Of a DNA stretch of 22,827 bases, positions 17,612 to 22,827 are shown one piece after another. Under the pieces are notes generated by a model. It was not told the DNA's origin and did not search any database. It saw only the letters and a list, made by a program, of their open reading frames with translations. The stretch's first letter is position 1, and each line of letters begins with the position of its first letter. The stretch is taken from contig CAXGAI010000003.1 in NCBI GenBank assembly GCA_964007735.1, positions 124,001 to 146,827 on the forward strand, read 5' to 3'. A program made the position numbers and the translations under genes. This DNA is from an uncultured Rhodopirellula sp. Its GTDB lineage: Bacteria; Planctomycetota; Planctomycetia; Pirellulales; Pirellulaceae.

Positions 17612-19978
17612 CTAGCGTCGACGGCGACCACCACGAAGGCTATCAAGCTGCTTGCGTCGCTCACTATTACCATCGCCAGAAGCCTGGGAACGTTTTTGAT
17701 TTTCAGCCATTTCCATCATCCGAGCCATGAAACCTGGTTTCTTCTTTTTTAGGCGACGCTCCTCCGCCAATTTTTCTAAATAGGCATCTGGATCAGCGAT
17801 TTTAGGCAATAACTTACGTTCTAGAATCCCCCAGGTGCTGGACGCTATAAAGTATATACAAAGACCACTGGCAACACGGAAAAACATGAATCCCATGAAC
17901 AAAAACATAAACTTCATCATTCGCTGAGCCATGCGTTGAGTATCATCAGTCGCCGGAGGAGTGTAAATCTTCTGCTGCAGAAGGAATAAGAAAATAGTAA
18001 GTAGCGGCAACAAATTCAGATAAGGCCCAACAAGTCCTCCACGATTAATTAAAAACGACGTCGATTCCCCAAAGTATTGGAGCATGTCTGGCCCCGCGAG
18101 GTTGGTACACCAATCCAACCCTGGTAGTAAAGCCTGCCCACGCAGCTCAACGTCGACCATAATACTTCGATAGAGACCGAAAAAGATCGGCATCTGAACA
18201 AAAACCGGCAAACAGCCGGCCAAGGGGTTATAGCCATACTTAGCAAATAACTGCTGCTGCTTCATCGTTTTTTGACGAGGGTCATCTTTGTACTTCTCAT
18301 TAATCTTTGTCATCTGCGGCTTCAAAAAGCCCATCATCTGAGTACCACGCACTTGCTTACGGCTCAGCGGATGCATACAACCTCGGACAAGGATCGTAAG
18401 CATAATAATGGCGACACCATAGTTGCCAACAAGTTTCTGGAAAAAGTGCATGATTCCACTAAGAGGTCGAGCGATAGCACGGAACCATCCGTATTCAATC
18501 ACATTGTCCATCCCGTAAAACTGCAAGAGCCCATCAAGTTTTGGTCCTACAAACAGTCGCAAGTCATTACTCACTGTTGCTCCGGCGGGCACTACAAATT
18601 CGTCACTGTCGATAAAAAATGAGGTGTTTGGAACGCTGGCTGATTTCTCCGTCACGCCTTCAATCGGTTCAGCCAGGACCGTACGAACATCACTAATGGA
18701 CAATCCGATGCCCGACTGCTCACCGGCGTCAACAAAACCTGCTGCGAAGAACTGAGAGTCCGTCACCAGATAATTCAAAGTCGGTTCCGTTTCTTCGACT
18801 TTCCAAATCGAAGAAGAAGGCTCTTCTTTATTTTCCCGTGCGAATTCGAGAATTGTGGCGGCGCGAACATCATCTTCATTGCCATTTAAGCTCCACTTCA
18901 CATCGCGTGTTTTCCCAACCGAAGTCCACCAGGATTCATTGACGATACTATTGGGGCCATACTGACGTAAAGCAAGCCGCTGTGATGCATCCCCTTTGTT
19001 CGTAAATGCGAGGCTTAAACCTATGTGATATGACTGGTCGCCACTTAGTTGAGCCAGTGAATATGTTTTAGAAACTTCAATCTGCCCACTCAACGGACCG
19101 GTCACTGTTTTCGCAACCTCACTCCCTGCATCCCCAATTTCTTCCGGTGCTTCGACGACACCTTCTACGTTATCCAACAATAATTGGAAAGTAATGGTTC
19201 GCTCATCACGACCAGCGATCGACCAGTTACTTTGCATCAATGAAGGAACATTAGCGGGATCATTATTGCCAGACATCTGGTCATTAATAAGAGTTAAAGT
19301 TGTCCGCAGGGAATTATCCGGTCTATTGGGTGTATCCTGTCCCGGATCCACTGGAGGATATGGTTGAGGGTCAATGACCTGTAATGGTTTGTCGGCCAAC
19401 TCGACTTCTACGGAAGCCGCTTCGCCGCCACGTTCGTACTTAACCTCTACCCTCTCACCAACGACCGTTTGTCGTAAAGCCTTGTCGATATCTTCACCGC
19501 TCGCCAAAGGAGTACCGTGGACTGAAGTCAGTACATCTCCGACCTGAATCCCGGCAAGGTGAGCGGGCGTCCCATCTCCCACAACTCGCACTTTAACTCC
19601 GACACCATTTTCGTCGACGGGGAGCGGAGCCAAATACCCGAGGTATCCATGCTTAAACTCAATGACACCGTACTTCAATTCTCCATCATCATCGCGTTCC
19701 ACTAATTCGACTCGATCAAGCGTTGCCCCTTGGGAATTAAAGTATGCCAGATACTTTTCCCCCTTAGCAGGATCATAGGATCCTAAAGCGACGAAGACTT
19801 CCTCCTGCTCACCAACGAGCAGAGGTTCAGCTTTCACAACCTCCGCAGGTTGTTCAGCCCCATCTTCAATCGACGGAGGCTCCGGGGTAATCCCGAGCCA
19901 ACGCATAGCAAGCTGCGTAACAATCAGCATAATACCGAAGAGCAACATGAAGCGCACGAAAGAGTTCTGTTTTTCCAC
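17612..19978 (-). CDS. yidC: Membrane protein insertase YidC with an inserted PDZ-like domain and basic C-terminal tail
   Basis: N-terminal transmembrane anchor and large periplasmic region, then LFVGPK, EYGWF, GNYGVAIIMLTILVRGCMHPL (conserved Arg), NPLAGCLPVFVQMPIFFGLY and SGLCIYF. GTG start with AAGGA RBS. Confidence 0.95.
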   Translation of the reverse strand: MEKQNSFVRFMLLFGIMLIVTQLAMRWLGITPEPPSIEDGAEQPAEVVKAEPLLVGEQEEVFVALGSYDPAKGEKYLAYFNSQGATLDRVELVERDDDGELKYGVIEFKHGYLGYLAPLPVDENGVGVKVRVVGDGTPAHLAGIQVGDVLTSVHGTPLASGEDIDKALRQTVVGERVEVKYERGGEAASVEVELADKPLQVIDPQPYPPVDPGQDTPNRPDNSLRTTLTLINDQMSGNNDPANVPSLMQSNWSIAGRDERTITFQLLLDNVEGVVEAPEEIGDAGSEVAKTVTGPLSGQIEVSKTYSLAQLSGDQSYHIGLSLAFTNKGDASQRLALRQYGPNSIVNESWWTSVGKTRDVKWSLNGNEDDVRAATILEFARENKEEPSSSIWKVEETEPTLNYLVTDSQFFAAGFVDAGEQSGIGLSISDVRTVLAEPIEGVTEKSASVPNTSFFIDSDEFVVPAGATVSNDLRLFVGPKLDGLLQFYGMDNVIEYGWFRAIARPLSGIMHFFQKLVGNYGVAIIMLTILVRGCMHPLSRKQVRGTQMMGFLKPQMTKINEKYKDDPRQKTMKQQQLFAKYGYNPLAGCLPVFVQMPIFFGLYRSIMVDVELRGQALLPGLDWCTNLAGPDMLQYFGESTSFLINRGGLVGPYLNLLPLLTIFLFLLQQKIYTPPATDDTQRMAQRMMKFMFLFMGFMFFRVASGLCIYFIASSTWGILERKLLPKIADPDAYLEKLAEERRLKKKKPGFMARMMEMAENQKRSQASGDGNSERRKQLDSLRGGRRRR

Positions 19979-20061
19979 CGAGATCGTCCTTCAATGGTGA
20001 AGTGATTTAAAACGTTATTCTGACGCAGCCCCTGAGATCTGCAAAGAACCAATCTTACAAC

Positions 20062-20105
20062 TAAGAAAGCCCTTGTATCTACACTTTGTAAATACAAGGG
20101 CTTTT
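20062..20105 (-). terminator. Long hairpin, probable terminator after groEL (possibly bidirectional)
   Basis: Inverted repeat aaagcccttgtat-c-taca-ctt-tgta-a-atacaagggcttt (20066-20104). On the minus strand this is an 18-bp stem with one G.U pair, ending in UUUCUU. Confidence 0.75.
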
Positions 20106-20126
20106 GTATTTTTAGGTAGCAACGGA

Positions 20127-21773
<1,647 letters not shown>

Positions 21774-21825
21774 CTAATCTGAGCAACGGCCTGAGTAGCA
21801 GACGTTACCCAGCATTTGTTTTCAA

Positions 21826-22116
21826 TTATTCGATGACAGCCAAAACGTCAGCTTCTCGCATCAACAACAATTCATCATCGTCAACGCTGATTGCTTCTCC
21901 AGCATAGCTGCTGAATATAATACGGTCGCCGGGTTTAAGCTGCAGTGGAATCTTAGATCCATCACTGGTCATGATGCCATCGCCAATACTTACGACCGTA
22001 CCACGAGCAGGAGCGTCCTTTGCAGAATCAGGCAAGACGATACCTCCAGCTGTTACTTCTTCGGATTCATCACGCTTTACAACAATGCGATCACCTAATG
22101 GTTGCAATTTTGCCAT
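21826..22116 (-). CDS. groES: Co-chaperonin GroES (Cpn10)
   Basis: Motifs: LQPLGDRIVV, TAGGIVLPDSAK (mobile loop), FSSYAG, LMREADVLAVI. GGAGG upstream. Confidence 0.98.
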   Translation of the reverse strand: MAKLQPLGDRIVVKRDESEEVTAGGIVLPDSAKDAPARGTVVSIGDGIMTSDGSKIPLQLKPGDRIIFSSYAGEAISVDDDELLLMREADVLAVIE

Positions 22117-22216
22117 CTGTGTCCCATACCTCCGGAATCAATGCTTGTTTCTGGCAAGCTGTAATCTGTTATTAACGATTCACTAGTTCATCTAATTATT
22201 ATTTGGCAACTCAAAC

Positions 22217-22240
22217 TGGATTGTCGCAAGCGACAATCCA
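22217..22240 (-). other. Perfect inverted repeat in the groES 5' leader
   Basis: tggattgtcgc-aa-gcgacaatcca. As minus-strand RNA this is a 10-bp stem closed by a G(CUUG)C tetraloop. Confidence 0.8.
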
Positions 22241-22262
22241 TCTGAGAAGGGTTTGAATTAAG

Positions 22263-22278
22263 AGCAACTAGCGTGCCA
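22263..22278 (-). promoter_or_regulatory. Sigma54 (RpoN) -24/-12 promoter oriented toward groESL
   Basis: Minus strand reads TGGCACG-CTAG-TTGCT, an exact match to the TGGCACG-N4-TTGCW consensus, about 150 nt upstream of the groES start. Confidence 0.85.
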
Positions 22279-22410
22279 AAACTAAATGGGCACAAGCACG
22301 GGCACTTAAGACATCCCATAAAGGATTAAAGATAAGTCAAAAAAGAGCGTTTATCTATGGGGGAGCTTTAGTTTTTTGGATATTTCAGTCCCCAGCCGAA
22401 ATCAAATCGC

Positions 22411-22463
22411 TGCCATTTTGACAGATTGTCATTTCAGTCATCGAACAACCTGCCAAATTGGGT
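22411..22463. promoter_or_regulatory. Candidate enhancer-binding-protein sites (phased TGNCA repeats)
   Basis: TGCCA (22411), TGACA (22419), TGTCA (22427) and TGCCA (22451) are all in 8-bp register and include the palindrome TGACA-gat-TGTCA. Confidence 0.5.
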
Positions 22464-22640
22464 AACCCGTAGTCTTTGATTACATAGGAATAACCTAGTG
22501 TCATACCCTGATCAACATTCCTCTAATTGATTTTTTACTTGGACGCTGCACAATGTATACTTCAGTGTTGTTTACCCAGATAAATTCATCTCCTCCACAA
22601 CTAGTCAACTGCTGCACTAATTTTCTGCAAAGGTTCCATT

Positions 22641-22827
22641 ATGCCGATTCCGGTCTCTTGCCAATGTGGCTACCAAGTCGATGCACCCGATCACTATGCA
22701 GGTCAGCAAATAACGTGTCCTCAATGTCAGCAACCATTGACTATCCCGGACCCGTCTGCCCCTATAGCAGGGAACGGCCTCGGCGGAGCACTGGAAGGGA
22801 TGGGGATCGAAGCAAGTTCTGGTGGTT
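22641..22827 (+). CDS. Hypothetical protein with N-terminal zinc ribbon, 3'-truncated by the window edge
   Basis: Translated by hand: MPIPVSCQCGYQVDAPDHYAGQQITCPQCQQPLTIPDPSAPIAGNGLGGALEGMGIEASSGG..., with CxC...CPxC. AAGG lies upstream and there is no stop before the window end. Confidence 0.8.
   Translation, partial: MPIPVSCQCGYQVDAPDHYAGQQITCPQCQQPLTIPDPSAPIAGNGLGGALEGMGIEASSGG

Noticed and set aside
22400..22412. IHF-like site AATCAAATCGCTG between the sigma54 promoter and the TGNCA array
   Set aside because: It mismatches the WATCAANNNNTTR consensus in the TTR part and cannot be supported from sequence alone.
22117..22640. CIRCE element upstream of groES
   Set aside because: No TTAGCACTC-N9-GAGTGCTAA match found on either strand.

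Overview
This 22.8 kb window is a dense bacterial housekeeping region, most likely from a planctomycete (Pirellulaceae-like). That assignment is inferred from a PDZ-containing YidC with a basic tail, a ValS with insertions, a four-ACT aspartokinase and an N-terminal 'MPIxxxCxCG..CPxC' zinc-ribbon ORF. Genes in order: 3' part of lysC (+); DUF151 nuclease, valS, cimA, a YhcH-family gene, ftsK and truB (all -); hemB, hemL (+); two tandem metallophosphoesterases (-); tsaB (+); mnmE, yidC, groEL, groES (-); and the start of a zinc-ribbon protein (+). I found no rRNA, tRNA, CRISPR array or mobile element. The most notable feature is not in the ORF track. It is an apparently complete ribosome-mediated transcription attenuator upstream of citramalate synthase cimA, which is followed by valS. 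It comprises a sigma70-type promoter, a 31-aa Ile/Val/Leu-rich leader peptide with three Ile-Ile pairs (all ATT), an antiterminator helix starting just after the leader stop codon, and an intrinsic terminator. Also notable are a consensus sigma54 promoter with 8-bp-phased TGNCA repeats upstream of groESL (no CIRCE), and several unusual domain additions to core proteins.
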